Assembly: GCA_965261345.1 (NCBI GenBank)
Contig: OZ253449.1
Coordinates: 1,856,001 to 1,920,000, forward strand
Direction of reading: 5' to 3'
Source: Chloroflexota bacterium
GTDB taxonomy: Bacteria; Chloroflexota; UBA11872; VXNJ01
Length of the DNA stretch: 64,000 bases
How positions within the stretch are numbered: the stretch's first letter is position 1; each line of letters opens with the position of its first letter. The position numbers and the translations under genes were made by a program. The notes under the pieces are model-generated. The model was not told the origin of the DNA. It did not search any database and saw only the letters and a list, made by a program, of their open reading frames with translations. Of this stretch, positions 51,901 through 61,482 are shown one piece after another.

Positions 51901-53139
51901 ATGGCAACCACCCAAGCAGTCGAGGCCCCACTACCGCGACGAGCCGAATCGCGGCTCACCACCGGGATCCTTATTGCCCTGTCGGCATTGGCGCCGCTCT
52001 CAATCGACATGTTCCTTCCGTCGATTCCCCACATTACCGCCGAGTTTTCTGCCGATTCGGCCACGATCCGCCTTGCGGTGACCATGTTCCTGTTAATGGC
52101 AGCGGCCTCGGGATTACTGTTTGGGCCAATATCCGATCGCTTCGGCCGTCGCCCGGCGCTGATTGTTGGAATGTCCTTATACGTGCTCGGCGGGGTGCTG
52201 GCCTGGGTATCAGGGTCGGCCGAAATGCTGGTAGGAGCCCGGCTGATCCAGGGATTTGGCAGCGGTGCCAGCATGGCCATCGCGCGGGCGACGGTGATTG
52301 ACATCTACGGGCGCGACCGCGCCACCCGCATCATCGCAATCATGTCGGTCGTAATGGCGCTGGCGCCGATGCTGGCGCCAATTGCCGGGGGAATCTATCA
52401 GGAGACTCTCGGCTGGCGCTGGGTTTTTGCGACGCTGACGGTGATGGGCATCGGGCTGACCATCGCCTATTTCTTTCAGATCCCTGAAACCAATCGCCAC
52501 CCCGATCCCGACGCCCTCCGGATCCCGCAGATTGTGCGCAATTACGGCACCCTGATATCGCACCGTGCCTACGTCGTGCCGGTGGCGATCGTTTCGATCA
52601 GTTTCGCTGGCCACCTGGTGTTCATTTCGACATCGGCGTTGGTCTTGATCGACGAGGTCGGCATTTCGCCCGGGCTATACGGGCTGGCCTTCGGCCTGGT
52701 GTCGGCCGGGATCATGGTCGGCGGCGCCCTCAGCGGATTCCTGGTTGGCCGCGCCCGGCCCGAACGAGTTCTCTATTCCGGTATCTATATCGCGGTGCTG
52801 GGCTCCGTGGTCCAGGTGGTGCTCAACCTCCTGCTGGGCGTAAGCGGGCCGCTCCTCCTGGGGGCCTCAATCGTGGTTGTGCCGATGTTCATCACGGTCA
52901 TGGGCGGGGCGATCGCCCGGCCAGGGTTGACGGTGGCGGCGCTGACGCCGTTTCGCCGGATGGCTGGCCTGGCGGCCGCGGTGATGGGCTTTTCACAGAT
53001 GCTCATTTCCTCCCTATACGGAATCGCCTTTGCCGCCGTGTTCGAGCCGACCGGACTGACGATGGCCGCTGCGATCGCGTTTTCGAGCCTGTTGGTGCTG
53101 ATACTGGTAAAGGTTGCCGGGCGCGGAATTGTCCGCTAG
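51901..53139 (+). CDS. Bcr/CflA family multidrug efflux MFS transporter
   Basis: PLSIDMFLPSIP, GPISDRFGRRP, RLIQGFG, GWRWVF, PET; 12 TM. Confidence 0.92.
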   Translation: MATTQAVEAPLPRRAESRLTTGILIALSALAPLSIDMFLPSIPHITAEFSADSATIRLAVTMFLLMAAASGLLFGPISDRFGRRPALIVGMSLYVLGGVLAWVSGSAEMLVGARLIQGFGSGASMAIARATVIDIYGRDRATRIIAIMSVVMALAPMLAPIAGGIYQETLGWRWVFATLTVMGIGLTIAYFFQIPETNRHPDPDALRIPQIVRNYGTLISHRAYVVPVAIVSISFAGHLVFISTSALVLIDEVGISPGLYGLAFGLVSAGIMVGGALSGFLVGRARPERVLYSGIYIAVLGSVVQVVLNLLLGVSGPLLLGASIVVVPMFITVMGGAIARPGLTVAALTPFRRMAGLAAAVMGFSQMLISSLYGIAFAAVFEPTGLTMAAAIAFSSLLVLILVKVAGRGIVR

Positions 53140-53791
53140 GCCCCGACCCTGGATCGCGACCGCGCGCGCCACTCAGGAGCGATTGCGCCCCCAGCTGGAA
53201 ATTGCCCCACTGACGTCGCCACCACAGCTGGTTGCGGCCGCCGACGTTCACTTTATGCGCGGCAGCAAGCTAGCCTGCTGCGCCATCTGCGTTTTTGCGA
53301 TCGACTCGCTAGATCTGGTAGAGAGCGCCGTGGCGCGATTGGAAGTTGATGTCCCTTACCAACCGGGGTATCTCTCGTTCCGCGAGCTGGGCCCCATTGA
53401 AGCGGCATTTTCCGGTCTGGCGCGGCCCCCCGACGTTCTTTTGCTCGACGGGCACGGGCTGGCCCATCCGCGGGAATTTGGATTGGCCTGCCACGCCGGG
53501 GTGAGCCTGGATTTGCCCACGATCGGTTGCGCCAAGTCGGTCCTGTGCGGCACCAGCTGGCCGCTGGCCGACGAACACCTGGCGCAATCCGATCTCTGTA
53601 TGGGCCCCAAGGTCGTCGGGCGGGTGCTGCGTTCGCGGATTGGTGTAAAACCGCTGTACGTTTCGGTCGGCCACCGGATCACCCTGCCCGAGGCCACCGC
53701 GATCGTGGCCGGTTGTTTGGACGGCTTCCGCATACCGAAACCGCAACGGCTGGCCCACCGCATGGCCCGAGCCGCGGCCGGCCTGGGCTGA
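53114..53791 (+). CDS. nfi: endonuclease V
   Basis: ADV, PYQPGYLSFRE, DGHGLAHPREFGLACH, PTIGCAKS, KPLYVSVGH, RIPKPQRLAH. Confidence 0.95.
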   Translation: MPGAELSARPRPWIATARATQERLRPQLEIAPLTSPPQLVAAADVHFMRGSKLACCAICVFAIDSLDLVESAVARLEVDVPYQPGYLSFRELGPIEAAFSGLARPPDVLLLDGHGLAHPREFGLACHAGVSLDLPTIGCAKSVLCGTSWPLADEHLAQSDLCMGPKVVGRVLRSRIGVKPLYVSVGHRITLPEATAIVAGCLDGFRIPKPQRLAHRMARAAAGLG

Positions 53792-53795
53792 ACCG

Positions 53796-54581
53796 ATGGA
53801 CAACCGTAGGGTCTACGATGTGGTCGGTGAACAATATGACCTTGAATACCCGGGACCGCGTCCCGGCGAACTGGAGTTCTGGCTAGCGCAATTGCCAAAA
53901 CCTAACGCGCGGGTGCTGGAACTGGCCTGCGGTTCCGGCCGTCTGCTCCAACCGCTAGCCCGCGCCGGCGCCCAGATGACTGGGATCGACAGCTCGCCGG
54001 TGATGTTGGCGCGGGCGAGTGCCAACATCACCGGGGATCGATTGCTACACGCCTCGGCGGTCCGGTTGGAGCAGATTGGCATGGAGGACTTGGAGTTGGA
54101 TTGCCAGTTCGACCTGATCATGGCCGCGTTCAACGCCCTGCTGTTGGTCGCCCATGCCGATTTCCAATCCGTCCTCGAACGGATATTGACTCACCTGGCG
54201 CCGAACGGGAGGCTGGTATCGGACATGTTTGCGATGAGCGATTACGACCGCCTGCCCGATGAGGACCGTGCCTTTATCCCGGCTGGTCCGGCCGGGCGAT
54301 TACACCGCGAGCGGGTCTACCGTTACGATCCCGACCGGCGCCTGGGGCTATCCGAAGTGACCTACTCGAGCCAGGGCCGGGCAGTTGGACCGGATCGACG
54401 CTTTAGCTACGGACTTCACTTGTATGGCTGGGATGAACTGCAGTCGCGTTTTGCCGAGGCTGGATTTGAAATCGTCGGGACGTATGGCGGTTTCGACCGC
54501 CGGCCATTTAAAGATATTGAAGGGCAATTGATCGTGGTCGCCCGCCCCGCCCGGTCCGATCGCAGTACGTCACGTAGCTGA
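53796..54581 (+). CDS. class I SAM-dependent methyltransferase
   Basis: VLELACGSGR, GIDSSP.ML, FDLI, HLAPNG, YGGFD. Confidence 0.9.
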   Translation: MDNRRVYDVVGEQYDLEYPGPRPGELEFWLAQLPKPNARVLELACGSGRLLQPLARAGAQMTGIDSSPVMLARASANITGDRLLHASAVRLEQIGMEDLELDCQFDLIMAAFNALLLVAHADFQSVLERILTHLAPNGRLVSDMFAMSDYDRLPDEDRAFIPAGPAGRLHRERVYRYDPDRRLGLSEVTYSSQGRAVGPDRRFSYGLHLYGWDELQSRFAEAGFEIVGTYGGFDRRPFKDIEGQLIVVARPARSDRSTSRS

Positions 54582-54683
54582 ACTAGGTGAGCGGACCATG
54601 CGGGCAGCCTGGTTGGGGAAATAAAATCGATGGGCAGGGTTTTTCCAACCGCGCTTCGCACCCCGCCGATTCTGGAGATAGCG

Positions 54684-55070
54684 ATGGCTTCGAGCGAGGC
54701 TGACCGGCGACCGCGCAGCGGCGAAAAGGTATTTGCGGTACGGTGCCGCAACGGCGACCGCCTGCCGATCCGCAAGGCGCAGCTACGTTGGACTGATAGT
54801 TTCCGCTGTTCCTGCGGCACGGTGCTCACGCTCGATGAGGTGCTCGCCCAATTACACGAACAGGGACACGACGTATTCGATCTGGCCCGGGGTCGTGGCA
54901 GTTTCCGCGAGAAGATCCCTGGTTTACCAATGCCCCAAGGTGGATCTTTTATGGCTGGGCACACCCTGCAGCGATCTGATGACGCCGAACGCAGCGGCCG
55001 GCGGCGCTGGCGCTTTCAACCGGTGGAAGAGGCCCGCCCGCACGAAAAGGGCTTTGTCGCCGAGCAGTAG
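54684..55070 (+). CDS. hypothetical protein with possible zinc-ribbon (CxNG...CxCG)
   Basis: ATG after GGAG; VRCRNGD...FRCSCG; fills the intergenic gap. Confidence 0.5.
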   Translation: MASSEADRRPRSGEKVFAVRCRNGDRLPIRKAQLRWTDSFRCSCGTVLTLDEVLAQLHEQGHDVFDLARGRGSFREKIPGLPMPQGGSFMAGHTLQRSDDAERSGRRRWRFQPVEEARPHEKGFVAEQ

Positions 55071-55108
55071 CCGCCCTTGGGCCGACCGGTGTTCGCTTAG
55101 TGGACCGT

Positions 55109-55600
55109 CTAGCCAATGACTAAGACCGGATCGAGCGCGACCTGGCCTTCGATGAGTTCGGGATGGTCGTTGCCCCAGGCGAGTAAATCGACAAAAGTAA
55201 CGTCTTTGGCCGGTCCTTGATCTAACGCCCGGAGTTGCCCGGAGGCGATTGCGCCCGCTACCGTATCGACCGGACAAGCCAACAATTGGGCTGCGATGCC
55301 AAGTCCCAGCGGACGACCCAGGCGGCCCTGCAACGACGCCTGCCGGGCAACCCGCGCGGACTCGGCGTAACGCTCCAGCGCGGCCCGGGCCATGCGGTCC
55401 AGATCGGCGCGTGGTCGGTTCCATTCCAGGACCCATTGGCCATCGGAAAGCTCGAGCCGGAAGAGGTCGTCGGGGTCGTGCCCTAACGCCCTCCGGGCAG
55501 CCAGGAACTGGCCGTCAATTCCTGGCAATGGTGCGGCGACCAATGCGGCAAGGCGCGCAATCATTCGCTCGCGGAGGTTGGTCGGAGGTGTGCTTCCCAT
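55109..55600 (-). CDS. hypothetical protein with C-terminal excisionase/MerR-like HTH
   Basis: LGLGIAAQLLACPVDTVAGAIASGQLRA resembles HTH_17; coupled to the upstream gene stop (TGATG). Confidence 0.55.
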   Translation of the reverse strand: MGSTPPTNLRERMIARLAALVAAPLPGIDGQFLAARRALGHDPDDLFRLELSDGQWVLEWNRPRADLDRMARAALERYAESARVARQASLQGRLGRPLGLGIAAQLLACPVDTVAGAIASGQLRALDQGPAKDVTFVDLLAWGNDHPELIEGQVALDPVLVIG

Positions 55601-56391
55601 CAGTTACTCGATTCGATGATGCCCGGGATGTCGATTCCCCAGAGCCCCGACATCCCGCCGTTGGCAATTACTTGGTCGGCGTACAGCTCGGCATTGTCCT
55701 GGGGAATGAAACCCAGATCGGCCACGACGTTGGTAATGTCCCAGTAAGAACGGGCGTTGTTGGAGACGCCGTAGTAGACGCCGAAGCCGATCCCCGGGGT
55801 CTCCACCGAGCGGGTAATCAGCTGCGACATGTCGCGGTCGGAGATCCAGGTCGAGAGGATTCGCCGACCCTCCCAATCGGGCGGGGTCGCGCGGTACTTG
55901 TAGCTGCCGATGCGCAGGCATATGACCTCCAACCCGAACCGGTCGGCGTAATAGCGGCCCAGCGCTTCCCCATAAACCTTGGCTGCCCCGTAAAAGCTGT
56001 CGGGCCGATAGCCGACGTGGCGGCTGGCTTCTTCCCCGACCAACTCCTGCCAGCCGGCGGCATGGTTGGAGCTGGCGAATATGAACCGCTTGACTCCGGC
56101 CCGCCGCGCCGCCTCGTAGGCGGTGTAAAGGTCCACGATATTGGGCTGCAGGTAGGGTTCGAATTGATCGGTGTCGTGATTGGCCTTGCCGTGCATGTGA
56201 ACGACCGCATCGTTTCCGGCGAATGCCTCGGCCGCGGCCGTCAGGTCGGAAAAATCAAGCTGGACAAATCGCGGATCGGCGTTGGGGCTGCGCGAGGTGC
56301 CGGTCAATTCCCAGCGTTCGGACAGATCCTCCATGATCGTGCGACCAATCTGTCCGGTTGCGCCGGTAACTATTACCTTGAGTTTTGCCAT
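55600..56391 (-). CDS. NAD-dependent epimerase/dehydratase, uronate dehydrogenase-like
   Basis: TGATGQIG, FASSNHA.G, RPDSFYGAAK (YxxxK), LRIGS, STWIS.RD, GVSNN. Confidence 0.85.
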   Translation of the reverse strand: MAKLKVIVTGATGQIGRTIMEDLSERWELTGTSRSPNADPRFVQLDFSDLTAAAEAFAGNDAVVHMHGKANHDTDQFEPYLQPNIVDLYTAYEAARRAGVKRFIFASSNHAAGWQELVGEEASRHVGYRPDSFYGAAKVYGEALGRYYADRFGLEVICLRIGSYKYRATPPDWEGRRILSTWISDRDMSQLITRSVETPGIGFGVYYGVSNNARSYWDITNVVADLGFIPQDNAELYADQVIANGGMSGLWGIDIPGIIESSN

Positions 56392-56494
56392 CAATCCCCC
56401 GTGATCGTCAATGACTGGCCATTATCGTTTTAGGATGGCAGTTAACCAATTGCCGACAGTTGAGCCGGGGTGCCCCAATCCTTAAAGCGCGCCG

Positions 56495-57601
56495 ATGAGG
56501 GAGGCAAAGTTGGTGGCCAGCAGGCTTGAGGTCGGCCTATGCGCCAATTCCCAGGTGCGGGCCGAATATCTCGCGGCGGCCGATTTGGCCCGCCTCGACG
56601 AATTCGCCAATTTTTCCTATCTGCCGGCCGAACTGGAAAGCGACTGGCATCACCCGCCACCGCGCGACCGCGAAACCGAAGCCAGGCTGGCCCAGTTTGC
56701 GATCGGCTTGGATGCCCTGATCGTCTGCCACGGGTCACCGCGCGTTTCCGGTTCGCTGCTCCAGGTGGCAAAGCGGCTGCGGCTGGTCGGCGAACTGGAA
56801 GGTGATCGCCTGGCCCAGCGGATCGACGTGGCCGCCTGTAACACCCGCGGCGCAATCGCCGTCGATACCACCCATGGTTCCTCCTATCCGGTGGCGGAGT
56901 GGGCGCTGGCATTGATGATGATCGGGTTGCGCGATGCCGGGGCATTGTTTCGGCAGCTAATTGCCCACCGCGAAGTTGCCTCGGGCGATCTGCGGCCTGA
57001 TCTCCCGTTCTACCGACGGGGCGAATTGGAAGGCAAAACCGTTAGCCTGCTAGGTTGCGGGCACATCGGCCGGCGCCTGGTTGAATATCTCCGACCGTTC
57101 AATACCAAAATCCTCGTCCACGATCCCTATATCCCGATCGAGACCGCCGACGCGCTGGGATTTGAATTGGTGGAATTTGCCGATGCCTTCCGAATCGGCG
57201 ACGTGATTGTCTGTCTGCTTCCATTAACTCCCGCCACCGAACATCTGATCGGGCGGAGCGAACTGGATCTGATTCGGCCCGACTGTGTTTTCGTAAACGT
57301 CTCGCGCGGCGCGGTTGTAGATTCGCAGGCGCTCATCGAGCGCTGCCGGCGCGGTGACATCAGCGTGTGTCTGGACGTGTTCGACCCTGATACGATCCCG
57401 CTCGATAGCGAAATCCGCGACCTACCCAACGCATTTATTTCGCCGCACATTGCCGGCAACACCAAGGCTTCGCGGACGCGGTTCTTTGCCCTTATGGTTG
57501 AAGAATTGGACCGCCTGCGCCGCGGATTTGAGCCGCGCTGGCAACTGAACGCGCGCACCGTGGCCAACCGCACCGGCGCCCGCCCACCCCCGCGAGGTTG
57601 A
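56495..57601 (+). CDS. D-isomer-specific 2-hydroxyacid dehydrogenase family protein
   Basis: PVAE, GCGHIG, HDPY, PLTPAT, NVSRG, LDVF, SPHIAG. Start may be TTG 56510/GTG 56513 after GGAGG. Confidence 0.88.
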   Translation: MREAKLVASRLEVGLCANSQVRAEYLAAADLARLDEFANFSYLPAELESDWHHPPPRDRETEARLAQFAIGLDALIVCHGSPRVSGSLLQVAKRLRLVGELEGDRLAQRIDVAACNTRGAIAVDTTHGSSYPVAEWALALMMIGLRDAGALFRQLIAHREVASGDLRPDLPFYRRGELEGKTVSLLGCGHIGRRLVEYLRPFNTKILVHDPYIPIETADALGFELVEFADAFRIGDVIVCLLPLTPATEHLIGRSELDLIRPDCVFVNVSRGAVVDSQALIERCRRGDISVCLDVFDPDTIPLDSEIRDLPNAFISPHIAGNTKASRTRFFALMVEELDRLRRGFEPRWQLNARTVANRTGARPPPRG

Positions 57602-57606
57602 TCGCA

Positions 57607-58251
57607 ATGGCCGGAAAATATCGCGTTCTCAACGATGACCTGTTCGAATTCATGTCCGCGGTGAGCATGCCGCCCGACAGGCTGCTGCTAGACCTTATCG
57701 AAGAAACCTTCGCGCTTACTGACTGGGCGGGGATGCAGATTCAGCCGGCGCAAGGTGCGTTCATGAACCTGTTGACGCGGTTGATCGGCGCCCGCCGGGC
57801 ATTGGAAATCGGTACCTTTACCGGGTATTCGTCGATCTGCATCGCCAGGGCCCTGCCGGATGACGGCAACCTCATCTGCTGCGATGAGAGCAAGGAATGG
57901 ACCGCGGTTGCGAGCCGCTACTGGCAGCGCGCGGGACTGGCCGAAAAAATCGAACTGCGCCTGGGACCGGCCCTGCCGACGGTACGAGCCATGCCGCGCG
58001 CCGAGCAGTTCGAACTGGTCTTTATCGATGCCGACAAGAAGTCCAACTGGGACTACTACCAGGAGGTCTTGCCACGGCTGCGGACCGGCGGCGTGATCCT
58101 GATCGACAACGCGTTCTCAGGCGTGGATTCAGACGACGTCGAGCGTCGCCGATCGGCAAGGGAATTCAATCAGCGATTCAGTGAAGATAAGCGAACTCAA
58201 TCAGTGCTGCTGCCAATCGCCGACGGGTTGATTCTGGCGGTAAAGGAATAG
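57607..58251 (+). CDS. O-methyltransferase (caffeoyl-CoA/catechol OMT family)
   Basis: MQI, LEIGTFTGYS, FIDADK, IDN, DGL. Confidence 0.93.
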   Translation: MAGKYRVLNDDLFEFMSAVSMPPDRLLLDLIEETFALTDWAGMQIQPAQGAFMNLLTRLIGARRALEIGTFTGYSSICIARALPDDGNLICCDESKEWTAVASRYWQRAGLAEKIELRLGPALPTVRAMPRAEQFELVFIDADKKSNWDYYQEVLPRLRTGGVILIDNAFSGVDSDDVERRRSAREFNQRFSEDKRTQSVLLPIADGLILAVKE

Positions 58252-58280
58252 GCCGGCTGTTTGCTATATGAGTGCAAAAG

Positions 58281-58296
58281 TGTTAGATATATAACA
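58281..58296. promoter_or_regulatory. palindromic operator-like site TGTTA-N6-TAACA
   Basis: Inverted 5-bp arms with CRP/FNR-like spacing within an AT-rich patch. Confidence 0.35.
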
Positions 58297-58861
58297 AATA
58301 ATATTTGCAGTTCTTGAGCTAGTTGCCAGCGCCAATGGCAAATGCAGCCCGGTCGTTGCCATATGATCGGTCGGTGACCACCGACGGCCCCGAGGCGAAT
58401 GGGTTTTCGACCCTTGACCAGGCCAACCCAACACGCCAAGCGAACCGAACTAAATTGCGCCGGCACAATCCGAAATTCATACGTCGCCACCGGATTGCTT
58501 TATTCGGCCGGCGCGCGCGATCAGGTGCGACTGCACCATGGTCGGGCCAACCCACACATTCGAGCTCAAATTGCGGGTCGGGCCATTTAGGCAGCCTGAC
58601 CAGCGGTAGCTTGTTGGCATTTGCGCAAGGCCCACAGGCGGCAAGTCCAAGATTGCGGTGCAGGCTGATTCGGATGATTCAATATGGTTAAGCGGTTGAG
58701 AATCTCCGGCAATCGCCCCAATAACTGCCAACGCCAAATCCTCCGAAATCGCTCATGTGCGATCTCGCTCCGAGGCTAAAGCAGGCCCGGCCTTGTTCCA
58801 GTGGCATATTTGAATTGGCGATGCGACCCAATTGGCGCGCTCGCGTCTATTGCGGAGTGCT

Positions 58862-58884
58862 CAATTCAAAATTCGATTGAATTG
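58862..58884. promoter_or_regulatory. inverted repeat CAATTCAA-N7-TTGAATTG upstream of the GH32 gene, putative operator
   Basis: Perfect 8-bp arms ending 36 nt before the ATG, AT-rich. Confidence 0.45.
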
Positions 58885-58920
58885 CTACTTCAAATCTACT
58901 AAGGTTTTAGCCGCTAACCG

Positions 58921-60312
58921 ATGCCAAATCCCCGCCACCGAACCCAATTTCACTTCCAGCCCGCCGCCAATTGGATGAACGACCCCAACGGCCTGATCCA
59001 ACACAATGGCGTCCACCACATGTTCTTCCAGCACAACCCCGAAAACCCTTGGGCCGAGCGGATTCACTGGGGTCATGCCCGCTCGCACAACCTGATCGAC
59101 TGGGAGATCTTGCCCAATGCGCTCGCGCCCGGCCAGGCCGGCGCCGATCCGCTTTCGTGTTACTCGGGCTGCGCGGTCGACAACGATGGTCAACCGGTGT
59201 TCGTCTACACCGGAGTTGCTCCGCAGACAACCTGTATCGCCTACGGCAATGACGACCTTAGCCGGTTGACCAAGTACTGCGGCAACCCGGTAATCGCCGG
59301 ACCGCCCACTGGTTTGGTTACCGCCGGTTTTCGCGATCATTCGGTCTGGCGCGAAGACGGCGGCTGGCGGATGATCATCGGATCGGGCGAACGCGGGCGG
59401 GCCGGACTGGCCCTCGCCTACCGCTCAGACGATCTGGTTTCATGGGAATACGACGGGGTTTTCGCCTCCTCGGTTGGCCAGGAGAGCTCACCGATGTGGG
59501 AATGCCCCGATTTTTTCAAAGTGGGCGGCCGCGATTTCCTTATCGTTAGCATGCACCCCGACGGGCGCGTCTTTTACTACTCAGCGCCCGGCCATGGCCG
59601 GGTCTTCGAAGGAATTCCCGGCGGTCAGGTTGATCTGGGCAAATCCTTTTACGCGCCGCAGAGTTACACCGATCAACGGGGCCGCCGGATCCAGTTTGGC
59701 TGGCTGCGCGAGGAACGCCCGACCGATCTACAAATTGCTGCCGGATGGTCCGGCGTTCAGAGCCTGCCGCGGGTGCTGGATTGCGATCCTCGGGGGCGAC
59801 TTGTTTGCCAGCCGGCCGGGGAGGTCGCGAATCTGCGGACAACCGCCAGCCCGACCTGGCGATCGCCGCAGCAGGTTGCCAGCGCCGCCGTGGAAATTGA
59901 GGCCCGGTTCGCCTGGGTCGAGAACGGCGTTTGCGGATTATCGGTTCTCGACTCGGGCGATGGCCGCGAACAGACTCGCATTACGTACGAGTTTTCCAAC
60001 GACTGGTTGACTCTCGATGCCTCCCGATCCAGCCTTGAGGCCCGCAACTACCGCACGGTTTCCGGCGGGCGACTTTGCCTGCCGCAAGGTGCCGAAGTTG
60101 AGCTCCGGGTGTTTGTTGACGGTTCAGTGGTCGAGGTGTTTGCCAACGGTCGGGCCGGAGCAATCCGGGCTTATCCAGAACTTGCCGAAAGCGTCGGCGT
60201 CGGCTTGATCGGCCAACTCAATCATCCCGGGATACCCGCATATGACGCTTCCGCCGGCAATCTGATCGAGTTCTCCGCCTGGGAATTGCGACCGGCGGCC
60301 CCGAACGCCTGA
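58921..60312 (+). CDS. glycoside hydrolase family 32 (beta-fructofuranosidase / sucrose-6-phosphate hydrolase)
   Basis: WMNDPNG, WGHA, SG, FRD, WECPD, FYAPQS, C-terminal beta-sandwich (VDGSVVEVFAN). No signal peptide. Confidence 0.94.
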   Translation: MPNPRHRTQFHFQPAANWMNDPNGLIQHNGVHHMFFQHNPENPWAERIHWGHARSHNLIDWEILPNALAPGQAGADPLSCYSGCAVDNDGQPVFVYTGVAPQTTCIAYGNDDLSRLTKYCGNPVIAGPPTGLVTAGFRDHSVWREDGGWRMIIGSGERGRAGLALAYRSDDLVSWEYDGVFASSVGQESSPMWECPDFFKVGGRDFLIVSMHPDGRVFYYSAPGHGRVFEGIPGGQVDLGKSFYAPQSYTDQRGRRIQFGWLREERPTDLQIAAGWSGVQSLPRVLDCDPRGRLVCQPAGEVANLRTTASPTWRSPQQVASAAVEIEARFAWVENGVCGLSVLDSGDGREQTRITYEFSNDWLTLDASRSSLEARNYRTVSGGRLCLPQGAEVELRVFVDGSVVEVFANGRAGAIRAYPELAESVGVGLIGQLNHPGIPAYDASAGNLIEFSAWELRPAAPNA

Positions 60313-60367
60313 ATCGAGAAATATCATCGGGCGGGACCAGCCTGCCTAACCTGGAGCTATTGGAAGC

Positions 60368-60688
60368 ATGTCAGAACTTACCGTGATTGCCCATATCACC
60401 ACCGATCCGGGACGGACCGAAGAGTTCATCGAGGTCTTTTCCGGCAATGTGATGAACGTTCACGAGGAGCCCGGGTGCCTGCATTACACCCTGCACCGCA
60501 ATCAGGCAGGACCGGAAAAGCTCGTAGTGTTCGAGCGCTGGGCTTCGGCGGAGGCGCTAGAAGAGCACCTGTCGGCACCGCATATGGGGGCAATGCGCCA
60601 AAAGGCGGCCGGTATGGTGGTCGGGACCGAAGTCCTGCGATTCGATTTGATCGAGACGCCGGGAATGCCCGAAAAATCTAACATCTGA
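60368..60688 (+). CDS. antibiotic biosynthesis monooxygenase / putative quinol monooxygenase
   Basis: EEPGCLHYTLH, FERWAS.EAL.EHL.APH; GGAG SD. Confidence 0.9.
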   Translation: MSELTVIAHITTDPGRTEEFIEVFSGNVMNVHEEPGCLHYTLHRNQAGPEKLVVFERWASAEALEEHLSAPHMGAMRQKAAGMVVGTEVLRFDLIETPGMPEKSNI

Positions 60689-60700
60689 CCCCTTAACCGA

Positions 60701-60735
60701 CCGACCGGGCGGCACCGCGGCCGGGTCGGGTATTT
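60701..60735 (+). terminator. possible intrinsic terminator
   Basis: CCGACC(GG)...(CCG)GGTCGG hairpin followed by a short TATTT. Confidence 0.35.
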
Positions 60736-60837
60736 GAATCGGCTGCGCCGCGGCTTTAAATTTCTACAATCACTTCAGTGGCCTCAAGAAACCGGGGCTT
60801 CTGCCATATGCTTGCAATCCGATAGCAGTTGTTGACA

Positions 60838-61482
60838 ATGCGCTCATGGTTGGCGGTACCCACGATTCGCCATCGGGCGGCGCTGCTCGCGTTTTCCCTG
60901 TTAGCGGCATCATTGGCCGGTTGCGGTATCTTTACCGACGGGGACGGCGAGCGGGTGCCGGAAGATTCGGTCGTTTCGCCGGTGGTTGTCACCGTCGCCC
61001 CCACGGCGACGCCATCGCCACCCCCAGCCGCTGCCGTTACCGCTGCCGTTACCGCTGCTGTGCCAACCCAATCGCCGATCCCGCCGCAGGTTCCGCCGCC
61101 GCCCGCCGCCGTCACTGCCACCCCCACCGCCGAGCCAATCCCCGATACGCCGGTGCGCGGGCGGGTCGGTGTCGTCGCCCTCACCCGGGCGGTCGACTCG
61201 TTGCAGCGTCCAGTTGATTCGACCGATGTATTTTTGTCGGCCGAGCGGGTCTACGTTGCCGTGGAATTTATCTCAGTTGGCGCAGGAGTCCAAATCGGGA
61301 TCACCTGGCTGCGCCAGGGCGAGGAGATCTTTACCTACCAGCAGCCGATTGACTCGAACTTTACGCGTGGCTATTTCGCGTTTTATCTCGATCCGGGAGA
61401 AGCGGCGCCGGGCCAATATTCGGCCCAGGTGCTAATCGATGGCCAGGTTCAGCGGGCGGTCGACTTTACGATCTCCGAATAG
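60838..61482 (+). CDS. lipoprotein with Pro/Thr/Ala-rich linker and small beta-sandwich domain
   Basis: LAGC lipobox; PT-rich linker; C-terminal F...E.VY.....ITW...G.Y...V.IDG. Confidence 0.75.
   Translation: MRSWLAVPTIRHRAALLAFSLLAASLAGCGIFTDGDGERVPEDSVVSPVVVTVAPTATPSPPPAAAVTAAVTAAVPTQSPIPPQVPPPPAAVTATPTAEPIPDTPVRGRVGVVALTRAVDSLQRPVDSTDVFLSAERVYVAVEFISVGAGVQIGITWLRQGEEIFTYQQPIDSNFTRGYFAFYLDPGEAAPGQYSAQVLIDGQVQRAVDFTISE
61028..61058 (+). repeat. 12-bp tandem repeat (CCGCTGCCGTTA) x2.6, in frame (AAVT)
   Basis: Read directly in the sequence, within the lipoprotein linker. Confidence 0.8.

Noticed and set aside
58261-58320. oriC or dif site
   Set aside because: No TTATCCACA boxes and no XerD arm (TTATGTTAAAT-like) on either strand.
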